Below are positions 1 to 11,791 of a stretch of DNA of 64,000 nt, in pieces. The translations under genes were made by a program, and so were the position numbers. The DNA is taken from NCBI RefSeq assembly GCF_988243305.1, contig NZ_OZ547136.1; one strand, 5' to 3'. Position 1 is the stretch's first letter, and every line of letters starts with the position of its first letter. The notes under the pieces were generated by a model. The model ran no database searches and had not been told where the DNA came from. It saw only the letters and a program-made list of their open reading frames with translations.

Positions 1-2603
<2,603 letters not shown>

Positions 2604-2629
<26 letters not shown>

Positions 2630-3149
2630 TCAGCAACCCCGGTATCAGTTCATCCAGCGCGGCTGCTTTGTTCATGGCTTTGATGATATCCCGTTTCAGG
2701 AAATCAACATGTCGGTTTTCCAGTTCCGGAAAACGCCGCTGCACCGACAGGGGGATCCCGTCGAGAATACTGGCAATTTCACCTGCGATCCGCGACAGCA
2801 CGAAAGTACAGAATGCGGTTTCCACCACTTCAGCGGAGTCTCTGGCATTCTTCAGTTCCTGTGCGTCGGCCTGCGCACGCGTAAGTCGATGGCGTTCGTA
2901 CTCAATAGTCCCTGGCTGGAGATCTGCCTCGCTGGCCTGCCGCAGTTCTTCAACCTCCCGGCGCAGCTTTTCGTTCTCAATTTCAGCATCCCTTTCGGCA
3001 TACCATTTTATAACGGCAGCAGAGTCATAAAGCACCTCATTACCCTTGCCACCGCCTCGCAGAACGGGCATTCCCTGTTCCTGCCAGTTCTGAATGGTAC
3101 GGATACTCGCACCGAAAATGTCAGCCAGCTGCTTTTTGTTGACTTCCAT
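2604..3149 (-). CDS. nu1: Terminase small subunit Nu1
   Basis: 181-aa ORF MEVNKKQLADIFGASIRTIQNWQEQGMPVLRGGGKGNEVLYD..., matches lambda Nu1; overlaps start of A as in lambda. Confidence 0.95.
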
Positions 3150-3326
3150 TGTTCATTCCACGGACAAAAACAGAGAAAGGAAACGACAGAGGCCAAAAAG
3201 CTCGCTTTCAGCACCTGTCGTTTCCTTTCTTTTCAGGTGGTGTTTTAAATAAAAACATTAAGTTACGGCGAAGAAGAACGGAAACGCCTTAAACCGGAAA
3301 ATTTTCATAAATAGCGAAAACCCGCG

Positions 3327-3338
3327 AGGTCGCCGCCC
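3327..3338. other. cos: cosN cohesive-end site within cos region (~3150-3420)
   Basis: Plus strand reads aggtcgccgccc, the reverse complement of the lambda 12-nt cohesive end GGGCGGCGACCT, flanked by lambda-like left-end and right-end sequence. Confidence 0.85.
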
Positions 3339-3537
3339 CGTAACCTGTCGGATCGCCGGAAAGGACCCGCAAAATGATAATAATTATCATCTACATGTCA
3401 CAACGTGCATCTACGCCATCAAACCACGTCAAATAATCAATTATGACGCAGGTATCGTATTAATTGATCTGCATCAACTTAACGTAAAAACAACTTCAGA
3501 CAATACAAATCAGTGACACTGAATACAGGGCAACCTC

Positions 3538-3732
3538 ATGTCAACGAAGAACAGAACCCGCAGAACAACAACCCGCAACATCCGCTTTCCTAACCCAATG
3601 ATTGAACAAATTAACATCGCTCTTGATCAAAAAGGGTCTGGGAATTTCTCAGCCTGGGTCATTGAAGCCTGCCGTCGGAGACTAACGTCAGAAAAGAGAG
3701 CATATACATCAATCCAAAGTGATGATGAATAA
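3538..3732 (+). CDS. Small basic protein of unknown function (recalled as DUF3950/YlcI-like)
   Basis: 64-aa ORF MSTKNRTRRTTTRNIRFPNPMIEQINIALDQKGSGNF...; family assignment from memory only. Confidence 0.5.
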   Translation: MSTKNRTRRTTTRNIRFPNPMIEQINIALDQKGSGNFSAWVIEACRRRLTSEKRAYTSIQSDDE

Positions 3733-4094
3733 ACATCCCGGTTTCTTCCACCATCGCACCGGAAAAGCAACTATGAGGGTAACCCTGCGTCTGTCAGCAC
3801 AGTAAAACCCGGTGTGCATCGTTTTTGATTATTCCCGCACACTCACGCAGAAGGAATTCCCCGTCGGGCTACGGTCATGGTTAATGCGGGAATACGGCGA
3901 CGATACAGCGCAGCTAAAAGGGTAATGGACAGAAAGAGCGGTTTATTTCATTCCACAGGATTCTGAGTGTCCCCAACTTCCTCCAATAGTCTGAGCGTAC
4001 ACCTATATAGTTTTAATTTTCATCAATCCATTTAACTATCGTTTAATTGTTGTCACATAGGATTCCGCCGTTTTTAACAATGCAGGATAATAAG

Positions 4095-4388
4095 ATGAAA
4101 AAAATGTTGTTTTCTGCCGCTCTGGCAATGCTTATTACAGGATGTGCTCAACAGACGTTTACTGTTGGAAACAAACCGACAGCAGTAACACCAAAGGAAA
4201 CCATCACCCATCACTTCTTCGTTTCGGGAATTGGACAGGAGAAAACTGTTGATGCAGCCAAAATTTGTGGCGGCGCAGAAAATGTTGTTAAAACAGAAAC
4301 CCAGCAAACATTCGTAAATGGATTGCTCGGTTTTATTACTTTAGGCATTTATACTCCGCTGGAAGCGCGTGTGTATTGCTCACAATAA
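4095..4388 (+). CDS. bor: Bor lipoprotein (serum-resistance lipoprotein of lambdoid phages)
   Basis: 97-aa product from internal ATG with SD aggataataag: MKKMLFSAALAMLITGCAQQTFTV..., lipobox LITGC; matches lambda Bor. Confidence 0.9.
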   Translation: MKKMLFSAALAMLITGCAQQTFTVGNKPTAVTPKETITHHFFVSGIGQEKTVDAAKICGGAENVVKTETQQTFVNGLLGFITLGIYTPLEARVYCSQ

Positions 4389-4419
4389 TTGCATGAGTTG
4401 CCCATCGATATGGGCAGCT

Positions 4420-4881
4420 CTATCTGCACTGCTCATTAATATACTTCTGGGTTCCTTCCAGTTGTTTTTGCATAGTGATCAGCCTCTCTCTGAGGGTGAA
4501 ATAATCCCGTTCAGCGGTGTCTGCCAGTCGGGGGGAGGCTGCATTATCCACGCCGGAGGCGGTGGTGGCTTCACGCACTGACTGACAGACTGCTTTGATG
4601 TGCAACCGACGACGACCAGCGGCAACATCATCACGCAGAGCATCATTTTCAGCTTTCGCATTAGCTAACTCCTTCGTGTATTTTTCATCCAGTGCAGCAA
4701 CATCACGCTGGCGCATCTGCATGTCAGTAATTGCCGCGTTCGCCAGCTTCAGTTCTCTGGCATTTTTGTCGCGCTGGGCTTTGTAGGTAATGGCGTTATC
4801 ACGGTAATGATTAACAGCCCATGACAGGCAGACGATGATGCAGATAACCAGAGCGGAGATAATCGCGGTTACTCTGTTCAT
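4420..4881 (-). CDS. Rz: i-spanin Rz
   Basis: [50 protein letters not shown]... matches lambda Rz; start overlaps endolysin stop (ATGA). Confidence 0.9.
   Translation of the reverse strand: MNRVTAIISALVICIIVCLSWAVNHYRDNAITYKAQRDKNARELKLANAAITDMQMRQRDVAALDEKYTKELANAKAENDALRDDVAAGRRRLHIKAVCQSVREATTASGVDNAASPRLADTAERDYFTLRERLITMQKQLEGTQKYINEQCR
4479..4661 (-). CDS. Rz1: o-spanin Rz1 lipoprotein, embedded in +1 frame of Rz
   Basis: 60-aa [63 protein letters not shown], proline-rich lipoprotein nested in Rz as in lambda. Confidence 0.85.
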   Translation of the reverse strand: MRKLKMMLCVMMLPLVVVGCTSKQSVSQCVKPPPPPAWIMQPPPDWQTPLNGIISPSERG

Positions 4882-5375
4882 TGCTGACCCCACAAACAGA
4901 TTTCACGCTCAATCTCACGACGAGTCATGAGACCTTTCCATTGCTTACCGCCAGCATATGTCCAGCGACGTAGCTGATCACATGCGCCTTTGATATCGCC
5001 CTGGTTTATTTTGCGAAGAAGCGTCGATGTTCTGAAATTGCCAGCGCCCACGTTGTAAACGAACGAGTAAAGAGCGCCGCGCGTTGTTTCCGGTATATCA
5101 ACTTTGATGTACGGGTTAATTTGTCTGGCGACCGTGGCAAGGTCTTTATTCAGGAGGGCTTTGCATTCTGCTTTGGTATACGTTTTACCGAGCATGATGT
5201 CTTTTCCTGTATGCCCGTGACATACAGTCCATACACCAACAATATCTTTGTATGGTATGTAGCTGACACCTTCCAGACCATCGTTACCACTTGGGCCAGT
5301 AATTAACACTGATGCTATAGCAATTGCTCCGCCACCAATAGCAGCAGCAACGGCTTTTCGTAATGATGGAGGCAT
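4878..5375 (-). CDS. Endolysin (T4-lysozyme-like with N-terminal signal-anchor-release segment, phage 21 / DLP12 RrrD type)
   Basis: 165-aa [62 protein letters not shown]...; hydrophobic Gly/Ala-rich N-terminus then lysozyme-like domain. Confidence 0.85.
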   Translation of the reverse strand: MPPSLRKAVAAAIGGGAIAIASVLITGPSGNDGLEGVSYIPYKDIVGVWTVCHGHTGKDIMLGKTYTKAECKALLNKDLATVARQINPYIKVDIPETTRGALYSFVYNVGAGNFRTSTLLRKINQGDIKGACDQLRRWTYAGGKQWKGLMTRREIEREICLWGQQ

Positions 5376-5590
5376 TATTCACCTCTCGCAGCCTTGCGCT
5401 TATCTTCTTTAATCTTGAAATAAAGGTTTGTCAGGTACGTCAGCAGGCCAAATACCAGGCTACCCAGCACACCTATTGCTGCCCACTGTGAGGGCGTGAC
5501 TTTATCGAGCAGCTGTAAAAACCAGTAGCCAGCACTGCCTGCGGAGGTGCCGTAGGCAATGCCTGTTGAAATTTTGTCCATGGATTTCAT
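5375..5590 (-). CDS. Class II holin (pinholin, S21 type) with dual-start motif
   Basis: 71-aa product [71 protein letters not shown]; two TM segments, Met1/Met4 dual start; track ORF extends upstream from a non-ATG start. Confidence 0.85.
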   Translation of the reverse strand: MKSMDKISTGIAYGTSAGSAGYWFLQLLDKVTPSQWAAIGVLGSLVFGLLTYLTNLYFKIKEDKRKAARGE

Positions 5591-5692
5591 AGCCTCACCT
5601 CCGCACGGAACGGATGGCATAGTTATTATGTGTAGGCTTTCAGACACATCAATCAGAGCCTTAATTGATATATATGCTGGAGACGATGCAAT

Positions 5693-5716
5693 ATAAAAAG
5701 CTCGCCATAGCGAGCT
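5693..5716 (-). terminator. Rho-independent terminator candidate between the TolA-like cargo genes and the holin gene
   Basis: Inverted repeat agctcgc/gcgagct with 4-nt loop, followed on minus strand by a T-run. Confidence 0.45.
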
Positions 5717-5841
5717 AATAAAATGTATTTCTCTGATATTATGTTTATTTGTATTAGCTCAGACTTGACATCACAGGTTTCGTATATAGAACATCATCAA
5801 ATCTGTCAGTTTGCTATGAATGAGATATAGTAATTGAAGAG

Positions 5842-6237
5842 CTAACCTCGCATGTCAAAGCCAGATTTCTGAAAATCTCTGTAGACTTCCGGATTGTTGA
5901 AGGCCGGAAATTTGGCTTTATGAGCTGCGGACTTTATCGCTTCGCAATAGGCTTTATCACCGTTACTGGTAGATATTTTTAACGCCGTGCCATCCTGAGA
6001 GAATTCCATATGCAACCTGCATTTTTTCCCTTTCCAGTTATGCGGCTCATCAAGTTTGGCATTAATTGCAGCTCTGATTCCCCGCGCTTGCGCCCCCCAT
6101 TCATCCTGATCATCCCAGCGTCCTGAACTGCAACTACCTGTAGCAGTAGTTTTGTGGCAATCTGAAGGGTGTAAAGGTGTGCATCCCGCAACAAAACCGA
6201 CCCAAAAAGTCAACATAACGATTTTCTTTAATCCCAC
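5842..6237 (-). CDS. Lipoprotein with TolA C-terminal (domain III)-like fold, diverged copy
   Basis: 131-aa ORF with lipobox FVAGC; C-terminal ...KGKKCRLHMEFSQDGTALKISTSNGDKAYCEAIKSAAHKAKFPAFNNPEVYRDFQKSGFDMRG aligns with the TolA C-terminal domain; non-ATG start with strong SD (gaggag). Confidence 0.65.
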   Translation of the reverse strand: MGLKKIVMLTFWVGFVAGCTPLHPSDCHKTTATGSCSSGRWDDQDEWGAQARGIRAAINAKLDEPHNWKGKKCRLHMEFSQDGTALKISTSNGDKAYCEAIKSAAHKAKFPAFNNPEVYRDFQKSGFDMRG

Positions 6238-6387
6238 TTCTTGCTCCTCAATCCATTAAAATCTCAGCAATAGTAGTTGTTACGTCCGCCACTGGCTCAG
6301 AGCTGACTATCCGCTAAATTTAGCTCAGTGCCGTAGCTGTGTCAGAACAAACCTAAGCCGAAACCGTTTATTACAAAACAATAAATA

Positions 6388-6816
6388 TCAGGGTTTAAAA
6401 TCCAGCACCCCATTTTGAAATACTTTATATACTTCCGGCGAAGGGGGGGCAGGTATATCAGCATTCTTTATCGCATTCATCGCTTCACGACATAAATCGA
6501 GGTCTCCACTTTCTCTTTTAACCTCCAGTAGAAGGCCATTCGGGGCCATATGCATTCTCAGTGTACACTCTTTTCCTGAATACTTACTCGCATCCCCGAA
6601 CTGTTTTTCGATGGCGCTCTTGATTTGATGGGCATACAGACGGATATTCTCACTAACATCAGAAGTACGTTCAGATGAACTCACATACTGTGTCTCTATT
6701 GCTTTATCGGAGTAATATGATGTACGGTCATGATAATTTGTCGATACAGCATCAGTGCACCCGATAATAATCCCACTAATAATCAACGTAAGAATTGATG
6801 CGCTACGAAAACCCAT
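6388..6816 (-). CDS. Lipoprotein with TolA C-terminal (domain III)-like domain
   Basis: 142-aa ORF with lipobox IIGC; C-terminal YAHQIKSAIEKQFGDASKYSGKECTLRMHMAPNGLLLEVKRESGDLDLCREAMNAIKNADIPAPPSPEVYKVFQNGVLDFKP closely parallels E. coli TolA C-terminus (recalled ...YAGQIKSAIESKFYDASSYAGKTCTLRIKLAPDGMLLDIKPEGGDPALCQAALAAAKLAKIPKPPSQAVYEVFKNAPLDFKP); SD gtgaggaaaa. Confidence 0.75.
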   Translation of the reverse strand: MGFRSASILTLIISGIIIGCTDAVSTNYHDRTSYYSDKAIETQYVSSSERTSDVSENIRLYAHQIKSAIEKQFGDASKYSGKECTLRMHMAPNGLLLEVKRESGDLDLCREAMNAIKNADIPAPPSPEVYKVFQNGVLDFKP

Positions 6817-6845
6817 TTTTCCTCACATATGTCATATAGTAAAGG

Positions 6846-6875
6846 ATTATATATACCGTTGTTTTGGACGCTCAA
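6846..6875 (-). promoter_or_regulatory. Candidate sigma70 promoter for the TolA-like cargo genes
   Basis: Minus strand TTGAGC, ~17-18 bp spacer, TATAAT-like hexamer ~30 bp upstream of the 6816 start codon. Confidence 0.3.
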
Positions 6876-7349
6876 ACAGCGAATCAGATCAAATAAAACG
6901 CACATTTGTTAACATTTACACAAAGTCTGCGTGGGATATTCTGAAAGAATATCCATAATGTGGAGAGAATCTATTGAAGTGCATGGTGCCGGGTGCCTCC
7001 CGGTGAATTCAGTACCAGCACCTGAATCCGCGATTATCCCATATACCTACTCGCTGATTGCCCCTCCGCACAGGGGGATTCACCATGCCAGTTTCTTTTA
7101 ACAAACTCCCCGCAAACCAGAGAACAGTCAACCGCCTGAATTGTGAAGTATTTAAAAATTTCTCCCGCTAACTGATACCCGGCTAACAGTCTGGCGTTTT
7201 CTTTTTCAGCAACGGGAAAGCAACAACCACCACACCCGCCACCAGCACACCGTCAGCCAGCACTGACATTATCCGGCTGCTGCAATGCCATTCACAAAAA
7301 CAGTAAGCAATCACTTTTTACCGTAACAGGTGATAATCCAGATATGTAT

Positions 7350-7703
7350 CTACCCCAGATGAGTAATCCGAAGTTCATCCATACCACAGGTCCTGGCTAT
7401 TCTGTTGTACTCCTGAACAAGAGCAAATAATTCTGAATTAGCAACCATGAACTCATCGCAAACCCTCTGTATAGCATCACTATTCAGAAGAATAACGTCT
7501 CTTCCCGAAAGACGATCAGGAGTACAGAACAAAACTGTCAAACGGCTGAAGGCCTTTGCTCGTGCTGCATTGACTATATCAATACGCTGCCTAAGGATGA
7601 AACACCCCGACGCCTCATCAATATTCACTCTACCCACACCATATGAATGATAAATATTTAATGCTGAAAAAACCATTAGACCGTATAACAAACACTCAAT
7701 CAA
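7350..7703 (-). CDS. Hypothetical protein in late-operon cargo locus; start uncertain (track start is non-ATG; ATG at ~7676)
   Basis: 117-aa ORF, no recognisable family, no clear SD. Confidence 0.3.
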   Translation of the reverse strand: MIECLLYGLMVFSALNIYHSYGVGRVNIDEASGCFILRQRIDIVNAARAKAFSRLTVLFCTPDRLSGRDVILLNSDAIQRVCDEFMVANSELFALVQEYNRIARTCGMDELRITHLG

Positions 7704-7813
7704 TACTTAACAGAACTTTTATTTTTGACAAACATATAATATTTTCAACAATATCCTGAGCCAGGTATATTCCAGTATAAGGCTCTGCCGGAAGGAATCT
7801 GGAAGAATGAATA

Positions 7814-7890
7814 TGGCGCGCTGTACTGGATTCGAACCAGTAACCGATTGCTTAGAAGGCAATTGCTCTGTCCGGCTGAGCTAACAACGC
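7814..7890 (-). tRNA. tRNA-Arg (anticodon UCU)
   Basis: Reverse complement gcgttgttagctcagccggacagagcaattgccttctaagcaatcggttactggttcgaatccagtacagcgcgcca folds as cloverleaf: 7-bp acceptor stem, anticodon loop cttctaa, T-loop ttcgaat, CCA end. Confidence 0.9.
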
Positions 7891-7994
7891 TGAATACCGA
7901 TAATGGACCGCTATCGGGGACCCGCCCCCCCCCGCACCAACAACCCTGTTATCGTGTCGTCTGCTCTTCCTGATAAGCTCATGGCGGTTTGTGA

Positions 7995-8070
7995 TGGTGG
8001 CCCTTGCTGGATTTGAACCAGCGACCTGGCGATTATGAGTCGCTCGCTCTCACCACTGAGCTAAAGGGCC
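7995..8070 (-). tRNA. tRNA with CAU anticodon (Ile2/lysidine type or Met), resembling phage ileZ
   Basis: Reverse complement ggccctttagctcagtggtgagagcgagcgactcataatcgccaggtcgctggttcaaatccagcaagggccacca; perfect 7-bp acceptor stem, anticodon loop ctcataa, CCA end. Confidence 0.9.
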
Positions 8071-8105
8071 GGGAGCAGAATAATAACGGTCCGTAATTAA
8101 TTCCG

Positions 8106-8133
8106 CAATAAAAAACCCGCTCGGCGGCGGGTT
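8106..8133 (-). terminator. tR'-like rho-independent terminator downstream of the late promoter
   Basis: Hairpin aacccgc/gcgggtt with 6-nt loop, followed on minus strand by TTTTTATT. Confidence 0.6.
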
Positions 8134-8180
8134 GTAGAAACTCTTCTAACGTCAGGCATAAAAAGCCCATCGTTATGATG

Positions 8181-8208
8181 AATTTACCACAGATTTCGGA
8201 AAAATCAA
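8181..8208 (-). promoter_or_regulatory. pR'-like late promoter candidate between Q and the terminator
   Basis: Minus strand TTGATT, 16 bp, TG-n-TAAATT (extended -10) in the 80-bp gap between Q stop and terminator hairpin; predicts a short ~60-nt leader RNA like lambda 6S. Confidence 0.4.
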
Positions 8209-8213
8209 CCTTG

Positions 8214-9035
8214 TTACCTAGTTACCTTTTTTAACTGCCGCTCAGCCCATCCTTCTTCAATATCAAACCGGGTCACCAGCGCATCATAGAATTTCTTAAC
8301 TGTTTTTTCCCATGACGCGCGTGTTATCTGGTTTGTCACCTCGCATATAGCATTAAATGCCTCCGTTGATGGTAGTCTTTCATAGCCACGACCACCACAA
8401 CGCTGGCAGTCTCTGATAACAGGCATACCACGTTTTACCGACTCTTCACGGTGAATGGCGACACCACGCCCACGGCAATCCTTACAGGCGGTGGAAACCT
8501 CACCCTTTCCGCCACACTCCGGACAGGCAACTTTTACCACCTCCCTGACTTTTTTCCATTCTTCCCAGTAAGACGGATACACACCTTTCGTACACTTTGC
8601 CCATACCGGCGGCTTACCATCCGGATACTGGACCTTGTTTGTAAAAACTACGCTTTCAATAAATTTTTCCCCATAGCAACAAGGGCACTGCTTTTTACTC
8701 GCTGCGCTGCGGGCATAATCCTCAAAAGCGTACGAAGCCATAATGCGCATCACTACCGGTTTTATTTCTGCCGGAAGTTTTCTCAACGCCGCCACACGAT
8801 CGCACCGACTGAGTGCATAATCTGCCAGTAATTCTGTTGCCCGCGCCCTGTCATTCATACTGATGCCCATTTTCCCCAGGAACGCAGAAAACCCCATCTC
8901 AGCCCGATTCTGTGTCATGCCCTGCGCGGCCATCACATCAGTGATACTCAGCGCATCTTTTGACGTTGAGGCCGATGCATCGGTCAGGCAAGGGGATTTT
9001 GGGGAGTAGTATTTCGGTAAATCTTCCAGTTTCAT
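8214..9035 (-). CDS. Late-gene antiterminator Q (Cys-rich, Qin QuuQ / phage 82 type)
   Basis: 273-aa ORF MKLEDLPKYYSPKSPCLTDAS...CPCCYGE...CPECGGKGEVSTACKDCRGRG...; position immediately upstream of pR'/tR' and lysis genes. Confidence 0.7.
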   Translation of the reverse strand: MKLEDLPKYYSPKSPCLTDASASTSKDALSITDVMAAQGMTQNRAEMGFSAFLGKMGISMNDRARATELLADYALSRCDRVAALRKLPAEIKPVVMRIMASYAFEDYARSAASKKQCPCCYGEKFIESVVFTNKVQYPDGKPPVWAKCTKGVYPSYWEEWKKVREVVKVACPECGGKGEVSTACKDCRGRGVAIHREESVKRGMPVIRDCQRCGGRGYERLPSTEAFNAICEVTNQITRASWEKTVKKFYDALVTRFDIEEGWAERQLKKVTR

Positions 9036-9409
9036 TTTTTGACCTGCTCTTCATGCATTATGGGGTAAATCTTCACCCCCAGACGTCCACCAGATACTGG
9101 CTGACCACGAACGATATTGATTTCATCAAACTGCTCATCGTCCATTAACACTCCCGCATGCGTCAGCGCATCCAGCGGTGCTTTCAGGATATTGTCCAGG
9201 TCGCGACGACGCTTATCCGGTGGCTCTGCAATCACCTTTATCGCCAGCCTTCCGGACAGGCTTAATTTCAGCCGCTGCTGGCGAACAATAAGCGCCACAG
9301 CCCGGCGATAACGCTTTCCCTCCTCCGAGATAAAATATGTGCTGCCACGGCGTCGCCAGTAAGTGTTCACCGTCGGCGGGTAAGGTAAAACCAAATCTAT
9401 GAGCATCAC
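9032..9409 (-). CDS. rusA: Holliday junction resolvase RusA
   Basis: 125-aa ORF ...LPYPPTVNTYWRRRG...DKRRRDLDNILKAPLDALTHAGVLMDDEQ... matches RusA motifs. Confidence 0.8.
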   Translation of the reverse strand: MMLIDLVLPYPPTVNTYWRRRGSTYFISEEGKRYRRAVALIVRQQRLKLSLSGRLAIKVIAEPPDKRRRDLDNILKAPLDALTHAGVLMDDEQFDEINIVRGQPVSGGRLGVKIYPIMHEEQVKK

Positions 9410-9418
9410 TCACCTCTT

Positions 9419-10468
9419 TTACCCAAGCACGCCAGTTGCAAAGGCGTGATCAAGAAAACGAAAAATTAAATCAACCTGAGAACCATGCTTTTCTTCGAAC
9501 GCCAGAGGATCCGCATGAAGCTCGTTGTGATGCTCCCGACACAGCGGTAGCGTGAAAATATCGTGAGATTTTGTCCCCATTCCGCCCTGACCATGACCAA
9601 TCAGGTGATGGGGATCGTCGGCTGGCTTACCACAATACGCACACGGCTGTGTCTTCACCCAGCGTGTGTATTTCTCGTTAACCCAGCGGCGACGTTTAGG
9701 TCGTTTCATGAAAGATTCCGGAGACTCAGGATCAACGGCAATGCTGACCACCGTCTTTTCCTGTGGTGGGTTCTGTTGCTGGTGGGCGTGAGGCAGCGGC
9801 GCAAGATTTTTTGTGCGCTGTTTCAGTATGCTGGTGGCGGTCTGCTCTCCCGGTACGATGTCGCTTTCACGGTACATTGAGCGGATTTTTTCCGCACGCA
9901 ACCCCAGCGAACGACGTAATACCGCTTCCGGTAGCGCGTCCGCCACCTGATTGCGGACCGCCCACCAGGATAATTCAGCCAGCGATAATTCCCGCTCCTG
10001 TGTGCCATTCATTGCGTGACGAATGACGTCAATCATCCATGCTGACAAGTTTTGGTGAGCAAGTTGCTCAAGTGATTCGGAGGTCTGGTCACGCAACTGG
10101 TTGTCGCAGTGCCAGCACAACACCATTGCGCCGGTACCATAACGGTGAATGACGGTTTCGCTGTGATGATAATCGCCGTGTGGCCACTGGCAGGATTTAA
10201 TATGGCGCAACAGCCAGTCAGACAATGCACCAGCACCACCAGCAGCACGAATCACCCGTGCGTTACTGAAAAACGGCAGCAATGTTTTGTCTTCCACCAG
10301 CGGCTGGCGAACGGCAGGAACGCCCCCGGACGGCAGATTACGCATGCTTTTCGGTTCCGGCTCCACCAGTACCCGGGTATTGTGGAATACCGGCATGGAT
10401 TCACGGCCCGGCTTAACGATCACCAGCCCGAGTTCCGGTACCAGAACAGGTCGAAGTAATACTCGCAC
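9419..10468 (-). CDS. DUF968 (YdfU-like) protein with C-terminal HNH-like Cys/His motif
   Basis: 349-aa ORF; C-terminal CAYCGKPADDPHHLIGHGQGGMGTKSHDIFTLPLCREHHNELH. Confidence 0.6.
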   Translation of the reverse strand: MRVLLRPVLVPELGLVIVKPGRESMPVFHNTRVLVEPEPKSMRNLPSGGVPAVRQPLVEDKTLLPFFSNARVIRAAGGAGALSDWLLRHIKSCQWPHGDYHHSETVIHRYGTGAMVLCWHCDNQLRDQTSESLEQLAHQNLSAWMIDVIRHAMNGTQERELSLAELSWWAVRNQVADALPEAVLRRSLGLRAEKIRSMYRESDIVPGEQTATSILKQRTKNLAPLPHAHQQQNPPQEKTVVSIAVDPESPESFMKRPKRRRWVNEKYTRWVKTQPCAYCGKPADDPHHLIGHGQGGMGTKSHDIFTLPLCREHHNELHADPLAFEEKHGSQVDLIFRFLDHAFATGVLG

Positions 10469-10469
10469 G

Positions 10470-10748
10470 TTACCTCCAGATGCGTTGCTGGAATGTGCGG
10501 GACGGACGCGGTGATCGTTCGGAGTAAGGAAGCCTGACGGAGATTATCCAGTGACGATAATCGAGGCTGAGGGCTTTCTTAATCTCGTATCCGTGTCTGC
10601 GGTAGCACTGAATTAGCCACTCGGCCTGTTCTTCAGTGCATGGGGGATGCTGGAACCAGTCAGATTTGAAAGTGCGGGAACGCCGCCCGTGCCTGCTGGC
10701 AAAGACGGCAGAATCATCAGAATTGTGTAATTTGGTATCGTGCGCCAT
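10470..10748 (-). CDS. Small nin-region protein (Rem-like); start assumed at internal Met
   Basis: MAHDTKLHNSDDSAVFASRHGRRSRTFKSDWFQHPPCTEEQAEWLIQCYRRHGYEIKKALSLDYRHWII...; family from memory. Confidence 0.4.
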   Translation of the reverse strand: MAHDTKLHNSDDSAVFASRHGRRSRTFKSDWFQHPPCTEEQAEWLIQCYRRHGYEIKKALSLDYRHWIISVRLPYSERSPRPSRTFQQRIWR

Positions 10749-10915
10749 CGGTTGTCTCTGCTGGCGCAGCAGGTGCCAGTTGTTCAGGCTGGCGTGCGAA
10801 TTGTAAACCAGAATGCCAGGAAAAAACAAAACCCGCCGAAGCGGGTTACGTGCGGGTGCGTTGAGGATGCCTGACACATCAGAGGTGGCGAGGGATTTCT
10901 CCCTCGCCGGGTCTC

Positions 10916-11071
10916 TTACTCCTCAGGTTCGTAAACTGTGAAGACAGCGACCTCCGTCTGGCCGGTTCGGATTCGTACCTCGCAGAGGTCTTTCCTCGTT
11001 ACCAGTGCCGTCACTATGACGGTTAAACAGATGACGATCAGGGCGATTAACATCGCCTTTTGCTGCTTCAT
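10916..11071 (-). CDS. hok: Hok/Gef family type I toxin (HokD/RelF-like)
   Basis: 51-aa product MKQQKAMLIALIVICLTVIVTALVTRKDLCEVRIRTGQTEVAVFTVYEPEE; single TM helix and conserved Cys; track ORF carries an in-frame 19-codon upstream extension. Confidence 0.9.
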   Translation of the reverse strand: MKQQKAMLIALIVICLTVIVTALVTRKDLCEVRIRTGQTEVAVFTVYEPEE

Positions 11072-11791
11072 AGCCTGCTTCTCCTTGCCTTTCGGCACGT
11101 AAGAGGCTAACCTAGATTTGCCGTTCATAGATTGAGCCTCAGATTAATGTTAAGCGTCTTGCAGGACGCGTAATGTTAACTGGGGCTTTTCTCTATCTGC
11201 CTTTGGTGTTCATGCCTGAGGCAGATAGCCTCAAGCACCCGCAGCAATTCTACTTAACTCCCGTCACCTCGCCAATATAAAATCAATCAGAAAGGCGATC
11301 CATAAGAACAACAGCAAGACAATAAATTGCCATTACAGCCGCAATAGCTAGCGCACATTTGAGAACCAGCACGACAACCTCCTGTATTGGACGTACACCA
11401 GTTCTGATAAATATGAGGCTGTCTCATCATTGATTCAATATAACTATTGGGTATAGTTTCTGTGATTTTGTTCTGTAGAAATGGAACACAACAACCAGTC
11501 ACCACCAGCACTTCTTTAAATACGCCAAGTCCGACGCAAGCTAACCTTCTAGTCCGCTTTGAGCGAGGAGCGGACCAAACCCGGCCAACTGACTCTTAAA
11601 GGGGCCGCAGGAATTTTTCGTCTGAACTTTCGAAGCTCCTCTCCCTGAAGACAGAAAACTTCTGTGTGCTGTGGGAATATTGAATCTTTGCATTAGATAT
11701 AAATAATTTTATCCCGCCTGAAGTTTACATTATTTTATTTATCTGTTTTTCTAAATCAGACTGCACTCCTTACTTAAATCAGGAGCCAGTC

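Noticed and set aside
5650-7800. Shiga toxin genes at the tRNA-to-lysis cargo locus
   Set aside because: The architecture matches Stx phages, but no ORF resembles StxA or StxB; the cargo here is the TolA-like lipoprotein pair and unassigned small ORFs.
11287-11511. 74-aa Cys-rich minus-strand ORF upstream of hok
   Set aside because: Implausible composition and no start context; the region more likely holds hok leader, antisense RNA and intergenic sequence.
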